Below are positions 16,786-26,726 of a stretch of 64,000 nt of DNA, in pieces. The position numbers and the translations under genes were made by a program. The notes under the pieces are model-generated. The model was not told the origin of the DNA, searched no databases, and saw only the letters and a program-made list of their open reading frames with translations. The stretch comes from Candidatus Woesearchaeota archaeon (GTDB taxonomy: Archaea; Nanobdellota; Nanobdellia; Pacearchaeales; UBA284). The number at the start of each line of letters is the position of its first letter. Within the stretch, counting starts at the first letter, position 1. Location of the stretch: positions 7,992 through 71,991 of the forward strand of contig CAYZTH010000001.1 of NCBI GenBank assembly GCA_964481435.1, read 5' to 3'.

Positions 16786-17730
16786 ATGGAAAAAACAGAC
16801 AGGATCTTGGTCACCGGTTCTAATGGCTTTTTAGGAAAGGCCCTACTCTCCAAATTAAGAGGGCGCGGCTATACCAATCTAGTATTATTTACTAAAGAAG
16901 AATATGATATAGTTAAAGAGGCAGAAGTTGATAGGCTTTTCAAGGAAAAAGGGCCTTTTGATGTAGTTATACATCTTGCGGCAGTTATCGGTGGCATAGG
17001 ATTCAATAAAAGAAATCCAGGGTTATCTTTCTATGGCAATCTGATGATGAATACCCTAATGCAAGAATACTCAAGGATAAATAAAGTTAAAAAATTTGTA
17101 GGTATCGGGAGTGTTTGTGAATATCCTAAATTTACAGAAGTCCCATTTAAAGAAAAGAATCTCTGGGACGGTTATCCAGAAGAGACAAATGCGCCCTATG
17201 GGCTCTCAAAGAAGATGATGCTTGTACAATCACAGGCATACAGGGAGCAGTATGGATTTAATGGAATACATCTTTTACAAGTTAATCTCTATGGCCCCTG
17301 GGATAATTTTAGCCTTAATGATTCTCATGTAATTGCCGCTCTAATTCTAAAATTCCACAATGCAAAAGAAAAGAATCTCAATGAAGTTACTCTCTGGGGC
17401 ACAGGAAGTGCTTCAAGGGAATTTTTATATGTTGAAGATGCTGCAGAAGCGATAGTTTTGGCAATGGAGAGATATGATAAATCCGAGCCAGTGAACATAG
17501 GGGCAAGCAGGGAATTAACAATTAAAGAAGTTGCAGAGATAATCTCTAAGAACATTGGTTTCAAAGGGAAGATAATCTGGGACACATCAAAGCCAGATGG
17601 GCAGCCAAGAAGATGTCTTGACACAAGCAAAGCAAAAGAAGAATTTGGTTTTACCGCTAAGACTAGTTTTGAAGAAGGCATCAAGAAGACGGTAGAATGG
17701 TATGAATCGCAGAAGAAAAAAGGTCTTTGA
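16786..17730 (+). CDS. fcl: GDP-L-fucose synthase / GDP-4-keto-6-deoxysugar epimerase-reductase
   Basis: VTGSNGFLG, HLAAVIGGI, SVCEYPK, YGLSKK, SHVIAALI, WGTGSASREF, KPDGQPRR. Confidence 0.93.
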   Translation: MEKTDRILVTGSNGFLGKALLSKLRGRGYTNLVLFTKEEYDIVKEAEVDRLFKEKGPFDVVIHLAAVIGGIGFNKRNPGLSFYGNLMMNTLMQEYSRINKVKKFVGIGSVCEYPKFTEVPFKEKNLWDGYPEETNAPYGLSKKMMLVQSQAYREQYGFNGIHLLQVNLYGPWDNFSLNDSHVIAALILKFHNAKEKNLNEVTLWGTGSASREFLYVEDAAEAIVLAMERYDKSEPVNIGASRELTIKEVAEIISKNIGFKGKIIWDTSKPDGQPRRCLDTSKAKEEFGFTAKTSFEEGIKKTVEWYESQKKKGL

Positions 17731-17794
17731 ATTAATATTTTTCTTATAGGCCGTATATAACAAAGAATATAAATCTAGTTTATTCTAATCTGTT

Positions 17795-19336
17795 ATGTAT
17801 CAATCTATAAAGAAAGTGATTAAATCTCTCTTTGACAAAGAGAATCAATCTCTCACTAAGCAGACAATAGAGAACTCTGCCTATAGTTTCGGAATAAATA
17901 TTGTTTCAAAACTGGGGGGAATAATTTTCTCTATCTTGCTGGCCAGGATTCTTTTGCCAGATCTTTACGGATTGTACAGCCTAGTTTTTTCTGTTGTTGT
18001 CACAATATCTGCTTTTACAGACTTGGGAGTTAATTCCGCTCTTTCAAGATATCTTGCAGAGTCCCTGTCGAAAGGAAAAAAATTTGAGGATGAGGCTCGT
18101 TCAAGAGTTCGTTTTCTTTTTAATTTGAAAGTCATTCTTTCATTTGGGATATCACTAATTCTCTTTTTGTTATCAACTGTAATTGCCACAGCCATATTCC
18201 ATAAACCAGAGATGGCCCTCCCACTGAGAATGGGTTCAATTTATTTACTTGTCTTGTCCATACAAGGCTTTTTCGCCATGATATTCTATCCATTGAAGAA
18301 GCTTAAGTATGGGTTATTCGCGGAAGTTATATTTCAAGTGGCGAAAATAGGGTTGTTCTTATTATTTATCAAGATGTATCTATCGGTTTCAAATGTTTTT
18401 TTAGCTATGGCCCTAGCCTTCTTTATATCTGCAGCATTCTATTTTCTTATTATCTTATTTAAACATAAGAAATTATTTTTTGGAAAACTAGTCAAGATAG
18501 AAAAGAGGAAAATTACAATCTTTTTAGGGTGGATTACCCTATTTACTGCATTTTCTTCACTTTATTCAACAATCAATACCCTTGTTCTTGGATTTTTCGT
18601 AGATAATAACTTTGTGGCTTACTACAGCGCAATTCTGTCTATAGTCCTTCCATTGAGCGTAGTCATAAATTTAGGGGGCATTGTTCTGCCAATTTTTACA
18701 GAAATTACTGGAAAAAGATTGAAAAGAGGATTTAAGAAAATAGTAAAATACTCTGCAATTGTGTCAATCCCTTCAAGTGTAGGTCTCGCATTTATCTTGA
18801 TTCCAGTCCTAAGAGTAATATACGGTCCAAGTTATGTCCCGCCAGAATTCTATAATGTAATCCTAATCTCCACGATTTTGCTTTCAATGTTGGTATTTGA
18901 AGAGTTGTTTATCTCCTTGTACCTTTCTTTATTTGCAGCAAAAGAGAAGTTCAATCGACCAACAATCAGTTTTATCCTTATGACGGTATTGAATATAGTC
19001 CTTGATTACATCTTGATTAAACTGTTACTGCCTTACGGACAGATCTGGGCGGTTTTAGCGGTTTCAATCGCAACACTTGTAACTAGATACTTGAATCTTC
19101 TTATTTTAGGGGCTCTAGCCAAAAAAGAATTCAGGCTAGGATTGAATAAAAGAACAATTTTATCTCCTCTACTTGCCTCATTGATTATGCTTGGTTTTCT
19201 ATTCCTATTTAACTGGATATTTAATCCAAATCTGATTCTTACAATAATCATGGTCGGACTTGCGATAATCCTCTATTTTATCTTCTTATTTTTGATAGAG
19301 AACTTCGGGGATAAAAAAGCAAAAGAGGGAGATTAA
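17795..19336 (+). CDS. Oligosaccharide flippase (Wzx/MOP family)
   Basis: LARILLPDLYGLY, DLGVNSALSRY, many TMs. Confidence 0.85.
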   Translation: MYQSIKKVIKSLFDKENQSLTKQTIENSAYSFGINIVSKLGGIIFSILLARILLPDLYGLYSLVFSVVVTISAFTDLGVNSALSRYLAESLSKGKKFEDEARSRVRFLFNLKVILSFGISLILFLLSTVIATAIFHKPEMALPLRMGSIYLLVLSIQGFFAMIFYPLKKLKYGLFAEVIFQVAKIGLFLLFIKMYLSVSNVFLAMALAFFISAAFYFLIILFKHKKLFFGKLVKIEKRKITIFLGWITLFTAFSSLYSTINTLVLGFFVDNNFVAYYSAILSIVLPLSVVINLGGIVLPIFTEITGKRLKRGFKKIVKYSAIVSIPSSVGLAFILIPVLRVIYGPSYVPPEFYNVILISTILLSMLVFEELFISLYLSLFAAKEKFNRPTISFILMTVLNIVLDYILIKLLLPYGQIWAVLAVSIATLVTRYLNLLILGALAKKEFRLGLNKRTILSPLLASLIMLGFLFLFNWIFNPNLILTIIMVGLAIILYFIFLFLIENFGDKKAKEGD

Positions 19337-19368
19337 TATGCCTGTTACGTCCTTTTTTTATTTATTTT

Positions 19369-20349
19369 TTAGAACCAATTTCCCTTTTTGAGGATTTTTG
19401 TGGCAATGAATATTTTGAGTGTTAAAAGAATATTGCGGTCCATCCTGCTTTTTTTGGCTTCAAATTCTCTCTTATAGTTTTCGTCAATTACTGGGATAAC
19501 CGGGGCCTTGCAGCTTCCAAGCCACCAAGCTAATTCTGTGAAGGTGCTCAAATATGTCCCAAGGATTTTTTTTGTCTTTGAAAGCAGGATAAGATCTACC
19601 AATCCTTCTTGTGTCACGCTAACATTTTCTCTGTCTCGATTATTTTTAGGATAAACAATTACCTTTTCCTTTAATTTAGATTTGAAAAGATTTTCAGTTT
19701 CTTCGCAATCTGTGCATAAGAAGAACATTTGTTCTGGATTTTCTTTTAATATCTTGTCAATCTCTTCGAAAAAACGCTCATTTGAAGAGACTTTTCCAAG
19801 ACCTTCCTTTCCAAGAAGAAAATCCCCTCGTCTTGCATGAATTCCGACGAAATCAGTCAGGTCATTTTTTTTCAAGAATTTTTCGACTTCTTCCCTAACA
19901 AAACTAATTGGGACAAGTCTTTTAAGATATTCAAGTATGTCTTTTCTTATATTCATAGGGATTCCTTCAAATTCATGGTCTATATCATTTCCTTTTTTTG
20001 TAGAGAATAAACTGGGGAATATCTGTTTTTCTTCTCTTTCACCAGGAAAAAGGATCCATCGCGCATTATCTGTTGCAAGATATTCGTGAGCAGACTCTGG
20101 AATTTCATTTACGTCTGCACGATAGACTTTCAGGTTTTTCTTGTCAATTTTTTTCAAATCCTCTTTTTTTAGTTCAGGGAACTGGTTTTCAAATAGGTCG
20201 TTGAATTTTCCCCTTAGGGTATGGTTTGAAGGCCAGTACAAGAGAAGTTCTCGGCCATATTTATCTCCAAGCCTCCACATAGAAATAAGGCATTTAATCC
20301 TGTTTGATATCCCCCCCGGGTTGGCAGCAATTATTTTCCTATTTTCCAT
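19369..20349 (-). CDS. Fucosyltransferase-like glycosyltransferase (alpha1,2/alpha1,6/O-FucT superfamily)
   Basis: GGISNRI, VGIHARRGD, FLCTD, DLILLS..ILGT.LSTF motifs. Confidence 0.75.
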   Translation of the reverse strand: MENRKIIAANPGGISNRIKCLISMWRLGDKYGRELLLYWPSNHTLRGKFNDLFENQFPELKKEDLKKIDKKNLKVYRADVNEIPESAHEYLATDNARWILFPGEREEKQIFPSLFSTKKGNDIDHEFEGIPMNIRKDILEYLKRLVPISFVREEVEKFLKKNDLTDFVGIHARRGDFLLGKEGLGKVSSNERFFEEIDKILKENPEQMFFLCTDCEETENLFKSKLKEKVIVYPKNNRDRENVSVTQEGLVDLILLSKTKKILGTYLSTFTELAWWLGSCKAPVIPVIDENYKREFEAKKSRMDRNILLTLKIFIATKILKKGNWF

Positions 20350-20404
20350 TTTTTATAGTTTAAAAGATCATTTAGAAATTTTTTAGATATAGACTCGTTG
20401 AATA

Positions 20405-21508
20405 TTAAACACATGAATTAAATAAGTTTTTTCCTAGTTCTTTAGCCTTTTCTAAGATGTATTCCTCGGTAAATTTTTCAGGAGGATTAATCGGGATGAT
20501 TCCCATTTTTTCAAATTTTTCTCTTAAATCTGAAATTAGCATCATCCTGGCTAATTCTTTGAATTTCACTTTTGGGTTCCAACCAAAGGTTTTCCTTGCC
20601 TTACTAGCATCTCCTAGCAAATAAGGAACCTCTGCAGGTCTTTTATATCGCTCATTTATGCCTAAGAATTTATTATAATCAAGGCCTATTAATTTGAAGC
20701 ATTCATCTAAAAATTCTCTAACCGTATGAGATTCTCCAGTAGCTATGACAAAATCATCTGGCTTGTCCTGTTGTAAAATCTGCCACATTGCCTCAACATA
20801 TTCTTCAGAGTAGCCCCAGTCTCTCTTAGCATCTAGATTTCCTAGGGTGACGTTCTTCCTCTCTCCAACAAGAATCTCTGCTATTTCCCTTGTTATCTTT
20901 CTTGTTACAAAATTTAATCCCCGTCTTGGTGATTCATGATTGAATAGGATTCCATTTGAGGCAAATAATCCATAAGCGTCTCTATAGAGTTTGGTTAGAT
21001 GAAAGGCCGCAACTTTCGAAATACCATATGGGCTCTGTGGATTTAATGGAGTATCCTCATTCTGAGGGGGTGCAGAAGTTCCAAACATTTCTGAACTAGA
21101 TGCCTGATAGAACTTTCCCTTATAGTCCATTTTCTTCAAGGTATCAAGGATTCGATATACTCCAAGCAAGTCGATGTTTATTGTGGACATGCCATTGTCA
21201 AAACTTATTCCGACATGACTCTGCGCAGCAAGATTATAAATTTCATCTGGTTGGACTTGTTCAATTATGTTTCTTAAGCTAGATGTATCTGTAAGATCAG
21301 CATACTTAACAACGAAAGGGCAGTCTGGATCTGAGTAGTCTTCTTCATATTTCTTAATAAGATGGTCTATTCTTTGAGTATTCGGATAACTTGCTCTTCG
21401 GACTATTCCCCTAACAAGATATCCCTTTTTGAGAAGGAGTTCTGCTAGGTAAGAGCCATCCTGTCCCCCAATCCCGGTAATGAACGCTACCTTTTTTCCG
21501 TTTATCAT
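20405..21508 (-). CDS. gmd: GDP-mannose 4,6-dehydratase
   Basis: ITGIGGQDGSYLAE, YNLAAQSHV, YQASSSEMFG, NHESPRRG, GNLDAKRDWG. Confidence 0.97.
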   Translation of the reverse strand: MINGKKVAFITGIGGQDGSYLAELLLKKGYLVRGIVRRASYPNTQRIDHLIKKYEEDYSDPDCPFVVKYADLTDTSSLRNIIEQVQPDEIYNLAAQSHVGISFDNGMSTINIDLLGVYRILDTLKKMDYKGKFYQASSSEMFGTSAPPQNEDTPLNPQSPYGISKVAAFHLTKLYRDAYGLFASNGILFNHESPRRGLNFVTRKITREIAEILVGERKNVTLGNLDAKRDWGYSEEYVEAMWQILQQDKPDDFVIATGESHTVREFLDECFKLIGLDYNKFLGINERYKRPAEVPYLLGDASKARKTFGWNPKVKFKELARMMLISDLREKFEKMGIIPINPPEKFTEEYILEKAKELGKNLFNSCV

Positions 21509-21689
21509 AATAAATGTTTAATCAGCCCCCTTTTTAAAATTATCTGATATAAAATAGATATAGCGAGAAGTTGTTTCTAGTCGGTGAAAATATTTCAAAT
21601 AACCTCAAATAAAAAACATTTTTTTTTCGCCAAAAACATTTAAAAAGAATTAAAAGTTGTTTATGCTTAGAAATTAAAGTAGATTCAAA

Positions 21690-22691
21690 ATGGATAAAAA
21701 AGAAATAAAGATAAATTTCCGGTATTTTGACCCAAATTTTAATTCAGAAGATAATTTATTTACGGATCTTTTGAGAAGGAGGTACCATGTTGTGATAAGT
21801 GACAATCCAGATTATGTCTTTTATTCGGTTTATCCAGAAAATGCCGGTAAAGGTCTAGGGGGAATGGGCAGAGTTATCAAAAAGATCTCTCCGGATCTTT
21901 ACATATTCTCCAGAAAAATCGTTTCAAAAGTTTTATCTGTTTTCAAAAAGAAGAACAAAGTAGAGGGGAAATTTGTCAAGATCTTTTTTGGTGCAGAACA
22001 CACCAAACCAAATATGAAAGAGTGTGATTGGGCATTTTCTTCACACTTTGAAGAGGAAATCAATCATCCAAAGTATATGAGAATAGCTTCCTACCGAGTT
22101 ACTGACTTTAAACTAGAGAACGCAGGTAAGCCCCCGATAAAAAAAGACCTAGACCTGGAGCAGATAAAGAAGGAAAAGACAAAATTCTGCAATTTTATTT
22201 ATTCCCAGGATATCAAGGAAAGAAATGAATTTTTCAAGATATTGAATGAGTATAAGCCAGTAGATTCGCCAGGAAGATGCATGAATAATATGCCGGCAAT
22301 TAGTGTAAATGACCCAAAGAAATCAAGAGAAGCAGTAAATTGGGCAGAGGAAAAGTTGAAGTTCATCAGGCCCTATAAGTTTACAATAGCTTTTGAGAAC
22401 TTCTCTAGTCCTGGCTGGGTCACAGAAAAACTGACTCATCCCATGTTGGTTAATAGTGTCCCAATTTATTTTGGACATGGGGCAGTTAAAGAAGACTTCA
22501 ATACAAAGAGTTTCATAAATTTCCACGATTTTAAAGATATGAAGGAGTTCGTTGAGCATATCATAAAAGTTGACAACGATGATTCACTTTATGAAGAGTA
22601 CTTGAGACAGCCTTTTTATGAGAATAATATCCCTTCAGAGTATGTTGACGATGAGCGGATATTGAAAAGATTTGAAGAAATATTTGGATAA
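21690..22691 (+). CDS. GT10 alpha-1,3-fucosyltransferase family protein
   Basis: KFCNFIYS, YKFTIAFEN...GWVTEKL, VPIYFG motif. Confidence 0.88.
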   Translation: MDKKEIKINFRYFDPNFNSEDNLFTDLLRRRYHVVISDNPDYVFYSVYPENAGKGLGGMGRVIKKISPDLYIFSRKIVSKVLSVFKKKNKVEGKFVKIFFGAEHTKPNMKECDWAFSSHFEEEINHPKYMRIASYRVTDFKLENAGKPPIKKDLDLEQIKKEKTKFCNFIYSQDIKERNEFFKILNEYKPVDSPGRCMNNMPAISVNDPKKSREAVNWAEEKLKFIRPYKFTIAFENFSSPGWVTEKLTHPMLVNSVPIYFGHGAVKEDFNTKSFINFHDFKDMKEFVEHIIKVDNDDSLYEEYLRQPFYENNIPSEYVDDERILKRFEEIFG

Positions 22692-22701
22692 TTTCATTGA
22701 A

Positions 22702-23688
22702 TTATTTTTTATATCCGTCTGGATGATTCTTTAACCAGTTAAATGCGGTCCTTATTATGGTGTCTATAGAACTATACTCTGGGTTCCACCCAAGTTCCTT
22801 CTTTATTTTTTTCGAGCTTGCTATAAGGACATCAGGGTCCCCAGGCCTTCTTGCCTTTTCGATAGCGGTTATTTTCATTCCAGTAACCTTTCTTGCTGTA
22901 TCAATTATTTCCTTCACAGAGAAACCCTTTTCACTCCCCAGGTTATATCTCTCTGTCTTCCCGCCACTATCGAGGTACCTTAGAGCCAAGATGTGGGCCT
23001 TTGCAAGGTCAGTTACATGGATGTAATCCCTGACACCAGTACCATCCCTTGTTTTATAATCGGTCCCAAAAATATCTAAATGGTCAATTTTTCCTAGGGC
23101 AGCAAGCAAAACTCTTGGAATAAGGTGGTGTTCTGGTTTATGGAATTCTCCTAACTGACCCTCTGGGTCTGCTCCTGCAGCGCAGAAGTATCTCAAAGAA
23201 ACGGATTTTATGCCATAAGCATGATCATAATACCCTAGTATTCTCTCAAAGACTAGTTTTGTATAACCATAGGGGTTACTTGGTTTCTTAAGGTCCTCCT
23301 CTTGTATGGGAACCCTCTTAGGTATGCCATAGACTGCCGCAGAAGATGAAAAAACAATTTTTTTCACATTATATTTTCTCATAGCCTCTAGAAGGTTCAG
23401 GCCGTTGGAAATGTTGTTCATAAAATATTTTTCAGGGTTTGAAACAGATTCTGGAACATCTGCATAAGCTGCAAAATGAACAACAGAATCTATCTTTTCT
23501 TTTTTGAATAGGGCATCAAGTCTGTTCCTATCAGCCAAGTCTCCTTTGATGAATTTTCCACCAACAATGGCTTCCCTATATCCATTTTCAAGGCTGTCAA
23601 AGATGATAACTTCATTGCCCTGTTTAAGCAATTCCTTTACAGTATGGCTGCCTATATAGCCCGCACCCCCCGTAACCATAATTTTCAT
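22702..23688 (-). CDS. galE: UDP-glucose 4-epimerase
   Basis: VTGGAGYIGSH, FSSSAAVYG, YGYTK, DGTGVRDYIHV. Confidence 0.95.
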   Translation of the reverse strand: MKIMVTGGAGYIGSHTVKELLKQGNEVIIFDSLENGYREAIVGGKFIKGDLADRNRLDALFKKEKIDSVVHFAAYADVPESVSNPEKYFMNNISNGLNLLEAMRKYNVKKIVFSSSAAVYGIPKRVPIQEEDLKKPSNPYGYTKLVFERILGYYDHAYGIKSVSLRYFCAAGADPEGQLGEFHKPEHHLIPRVLLAALGKIDHLDIFGTDYKTRDGTGVRDYIHVTDLAKAHILALRYLDSGGKTERYNLGSEKGFSVKEIIDTARKVTGMKITAIEKARRPGDPDVLIASSKKIKKELGWNPEYSSIDTIIRTAFNWLKNHPDGYKK

Positions 23689-23812
23689 AAATTGAATAGG
23701 CCGGGGGGAATATTTAAAGTTAATTATAATAGAAGATAATATAAAGAATTTACAACGCTACAACACAATATAAGACAACAATCTTTATAAATAATATCTG
23801 GGATAATTTAGT

Positions 23813-24757
23813 ATGGAAGATAAAAATCCAAAGGTGTCTATAATCCTGCCGGTTTATAATGCAGAAAAATTTCTAGATGAGAATCTGCTCTCTATCTTAA
23901 ATCAAAGTTTTGAAGATTTTGAGTTTATCATAATTAACGATGAATCAAAAGACAAATCTGCAGAGATAATACAAAGATATGCGGAAAAAGATAAAAGAAT
24001 AATCTTTTTGAATAATGAAAAAAATATGGGATGTGTGAAAACCAGAAACAAGGGATTAAAGCTAGCAAGAGGAGAATATATTGCGGTAATGGACCCAGAT
24101 GATGTTTGTCTTACAGACCGATTTAAAATTCAGGTAGACTATTTAGACAGGCATCCAGAAATTTTCTTAATCGGCGGTTCTGCGATTGTAATTGATGAAG
24201 AAGGGAATAGGATGGGGATTTTATTAAAAGAGGATAATCCCGAGAAAATTGCAAAAAAGATGGTAAACGCAAACTGCATGATTCACCCCTCAGTTATGCA
24301 TAGAAACACACAAGAATTCTTTTATCGAGAGAAATTTATTATTTCTGATGATTATGACTTTCTTCTAATGGTATTATCTACAAATAAGAAAATGTCAAAT
24401 GTTCCGGAATTTATTGTAAAATATCGGATTAACAAGGGTTCAGCCACAAATACTAAGAAGAATCCAGAATTTTTCTTTAAAATAGCAAAAGAATTTTATA
24501 GGCAGCGAGTAGAAACCGGTAAGGATGATTATGATCAATTGGACTTAGACAAGGTACAGCCCAAAATGGTAGATTTCAATAAGTTAAATTCAAAGACCAA
24601 GATTGTTGTTGGATTTCAGGACAATCAAATGAAAAATGTCAGAAAAGAGATAAAAGATTATATCAAGACTTATAATTTTGAAAAACAACTCGCGGCCTAT
24701 TATCTGCTCAGTTTTTTACCAATAGGGTTCACTAAACTTTTAAGGAAGAAATTATAG
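23813..24757 (+). CDS. Glycosyltransferase family 2
   Basis: VSIILPVYN, INDESKD, AVMDPDD. Confidence 0.92.
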   Translation: MEDKNPKVSIILPVYNAEKFLDENLLSILNQSFEDFEFIIINDESKDKSAEIIQRYAEKDKRIIFLNNEKNMGCVKTRNKGLKLARGEYIAVMDPDDVCLTDRFKIQVDYLDRHPEIFLIGGSAIVIDEEGNRMGILLKEDNPEKIAKKMVNANCMIHPSVMHRNTQEFFYREKFIISDDYDFLLMVLSTNKKMSNVPEFIVKYRINKGSATNTKKNPEFFFKIAKEFYRQRVETGKDDYDQLDLDKVQPKMVDFNKLNSKTKIVVGFQDNQMKNVRKEIKDYIKTYNFEKQLAAYYLLSFLPIGFTKLLRKKL

Positions 24758-25858
24758 GCCGAATCTCTGATCATATTTTATCTTCTCAAATAGATTAAGT
24801 GCCTCTTCCACACACTGGTCTATATTGATATACTTATACTTGCCCAATCGTCCAAGAAAATGGATATTTTTTTCATTTCCTGATTCCTTTACATATTTTT
24901 GTAAAGAGTCCATATTTTTCTTATTATAAACCGGATAAATTGGTTCTTTTCCCCAGGTGAAAAACTCTTTACAAATAATTGTCTTTTTTGATTTTATTTT
25001 ATAGAACTTTTTAAATTCCGTTATTCTCGTGAATTTGAATTTTTCTTGAGGAAAATTAACCACCGAGTTGGGGAGAAAACTTTTTATTTTTAATTTCTCA
25101 AAAAGAAAGTCGATGCTTCTATAGTCCAGTGTTCCGAACTTATAATTGAAATATTCATCAATTTTACCTGTCCAGATGATCTCTTTAGCAACATTTTTTA
25201 ATATTTCTTGGTAGGGAGTATTTAATTTTATAAAAATATTCTTATTTGAAAGCATTTTTTTGAACATATCTGTAAATCCTTTTTTTGGCATTCCTTGGAA
25301 AGGACTATCAAAATAGAAATTATTTCGGTTATATCTTATAGGGAGACGTTCCAAAACAGATCTGTCTAATTCAGAAGGATACAAATCCCATTGCTTTTTT
25401 GTATAACTCTTGACAAATGCCTCATATAACTCTCTCCCAAACTTAGAAAGCACGACATCCTCCGAATTTTTTATTATTTTTGTTACAACGGCCTTATCTT
25501 TAAGGAAATTCTTTAATTCTTCTTCATTTTTTAAGTTTATATTAAAGAATTTATTTACAGTATTGAGGTTTATGGGAATTGGGAAAAACCGCCCTTCGTA
25601 GTAAGATAATACCCTGTGCTTATAGTCATTAAATTTTGTAAATCTTCTTAGATAGTCAAACACTCTTTTACTCTTCGTATTAAATATATGCGGCCCATAT
25701 TTTTGCACTAAAATTCCCTCGCATTTATAGTCGTAACAAGCGCCCCCTATATGGTCTTTTTTATCAATAATCAAGATTTTCTTGCCAATAGAAGCTAATC
25801 TCTCTGCAAGCACAATTCCCGATATGCCACTTCCCACAATAAGATAGTCGTATTTCAT
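24752..25858 (-). CDS. glf: UDP-galactopyranose mutase
   Basis: IVGSGISG, HIGGACYD, YGPHIF, YTKKQW, EPIYP, LGRLGKYKY. Confidence 0.93.
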   Translation of the reverse strand: MKYDYLIVGSGISGIVLAERLASIGKKILIIDKKDHIGGACYDYKCEGILVQKYGPHIFNTKSKRVFDYLRRFTKFNDYKHRVLSYYEGRFFPIPINLNTVNKFFNINLKNEEELKNFLKDKAVVTKIIKNSEDVVLSKFGRELYEAFVKSYTKKQWDLYPSELDRSVLERLPIRYNRNNFYFDSPFQGMPKKGFTDMFKKMLSNKNIFIKLNTPYQEILKNVAKEIIWTGKIDEYFNYKFGTLDYRSIDFLFEKLKIKSFLPNSVVNFPQEKFKFTRITEFKKFYKIKSKKTIICKEFFTWGKEPIYPVYNKKNMDSLQKYVKESGNEKNIHFLGRLGKYKYINIDQCVEEALNLFEKIKYDQRFGL

Positions 25859-25988
25859 TTTTTATTTGATGAAAGATAGAAAAAAACTTTAAAAAGCTTT
25901 ATAATTCTTTGCAGTGCAGCAGGAATTATTCGCACGCCTCAGGGACAACAGCCATAAAGATTTAAATACCCTCTCAATTACTCAGGTT

Positions 25989-26726
25989 ATGACAAATTCA
26001 ACAAGAATCGCAATCGCAACAATGACCTATGATAAAAAAGGCGATGCAGAGTTAATGAGAGAAACTCTGCGTTTTTTAGCAAGCAAAGGTCATCAGGCTT
26101 ATATTGCAGATGGCGGAAGTTCTACGAGATTTCTTGATGACCTTAGACTAATGGGCCATGAAGTTGTGCAGGTACCAGGTGGTTTAACCTGTCAGCACAT
26201 AAATTCTATTCAAAGAGCAGCAGGAAATGCAAAAACAGTCCTCTATATGGAGCCTGACAAGTTTAAATGGGTCTCTGAACATCTGGAAGAAGCAATAGAT
26301 AAATATTTTAGTATGCGCGAAGGGCCAGATATTTTTGCCGTCGTTAGTAGAACTTCCGATCAGATGAACACCTTTCCACCTCATCAGCGAACATGCGAAG
26401 GATTGATGAATGATCTAATTCATAAGAAAACTGGGTTCAAAGGTGACTCTATCTATGGCCCAAAGGTTTTCTCATCAAAGCTTGCCGCACACTTGAATGA
26501 ACTTAGTGGAAAAGACCTAGGTTGGGCAGGTCTTATGTTCTCAGTTGGTAGGGCTTACAATTTAGGAATGCCCCTAAGGTCAATAGAAGCAGCTTCTGAA
26601 TGTCCTAGTAGTCAAACATCAGAAGATAAAAACGCAGCAGCCTATAGGGAAAGGCAATTTAAACAGAATGCATTAGGACTATACCTTGGATTAGGAGAAA
26701 CAGTACCTGCAGAGTTCTTAGCCTAG
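25989..26726 (+). CDS. Hypothetical protein, probable GT-A fold
   Basis: IADGGS and YMEPDK resemble GT-A motifs; ATG 25989 follows a TTTAAATA box. Confidence 0.55.
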   Translation: MTNSTRIAIATMTYDKKGDAELMRETLRFLASKGHQAYIADGGSSTRFLDDLRLMGHEVVQVPGGLTCQHINSIQRAAGNAKTVLYMEPDKFKWVSEHLEEAIDKYFSMREGPDIFAVVSRTSDQMNTFPPHQRTCEGLMNDLIHKKTGFKGDSIYGPKVFSSKLAAHLNELSGKDLGWAGLMFSVGRAYNLGMPLRSIEAASECPSSQTSEDKNAAAYRERQFKQNALGLYLGLGETVPAEFLA

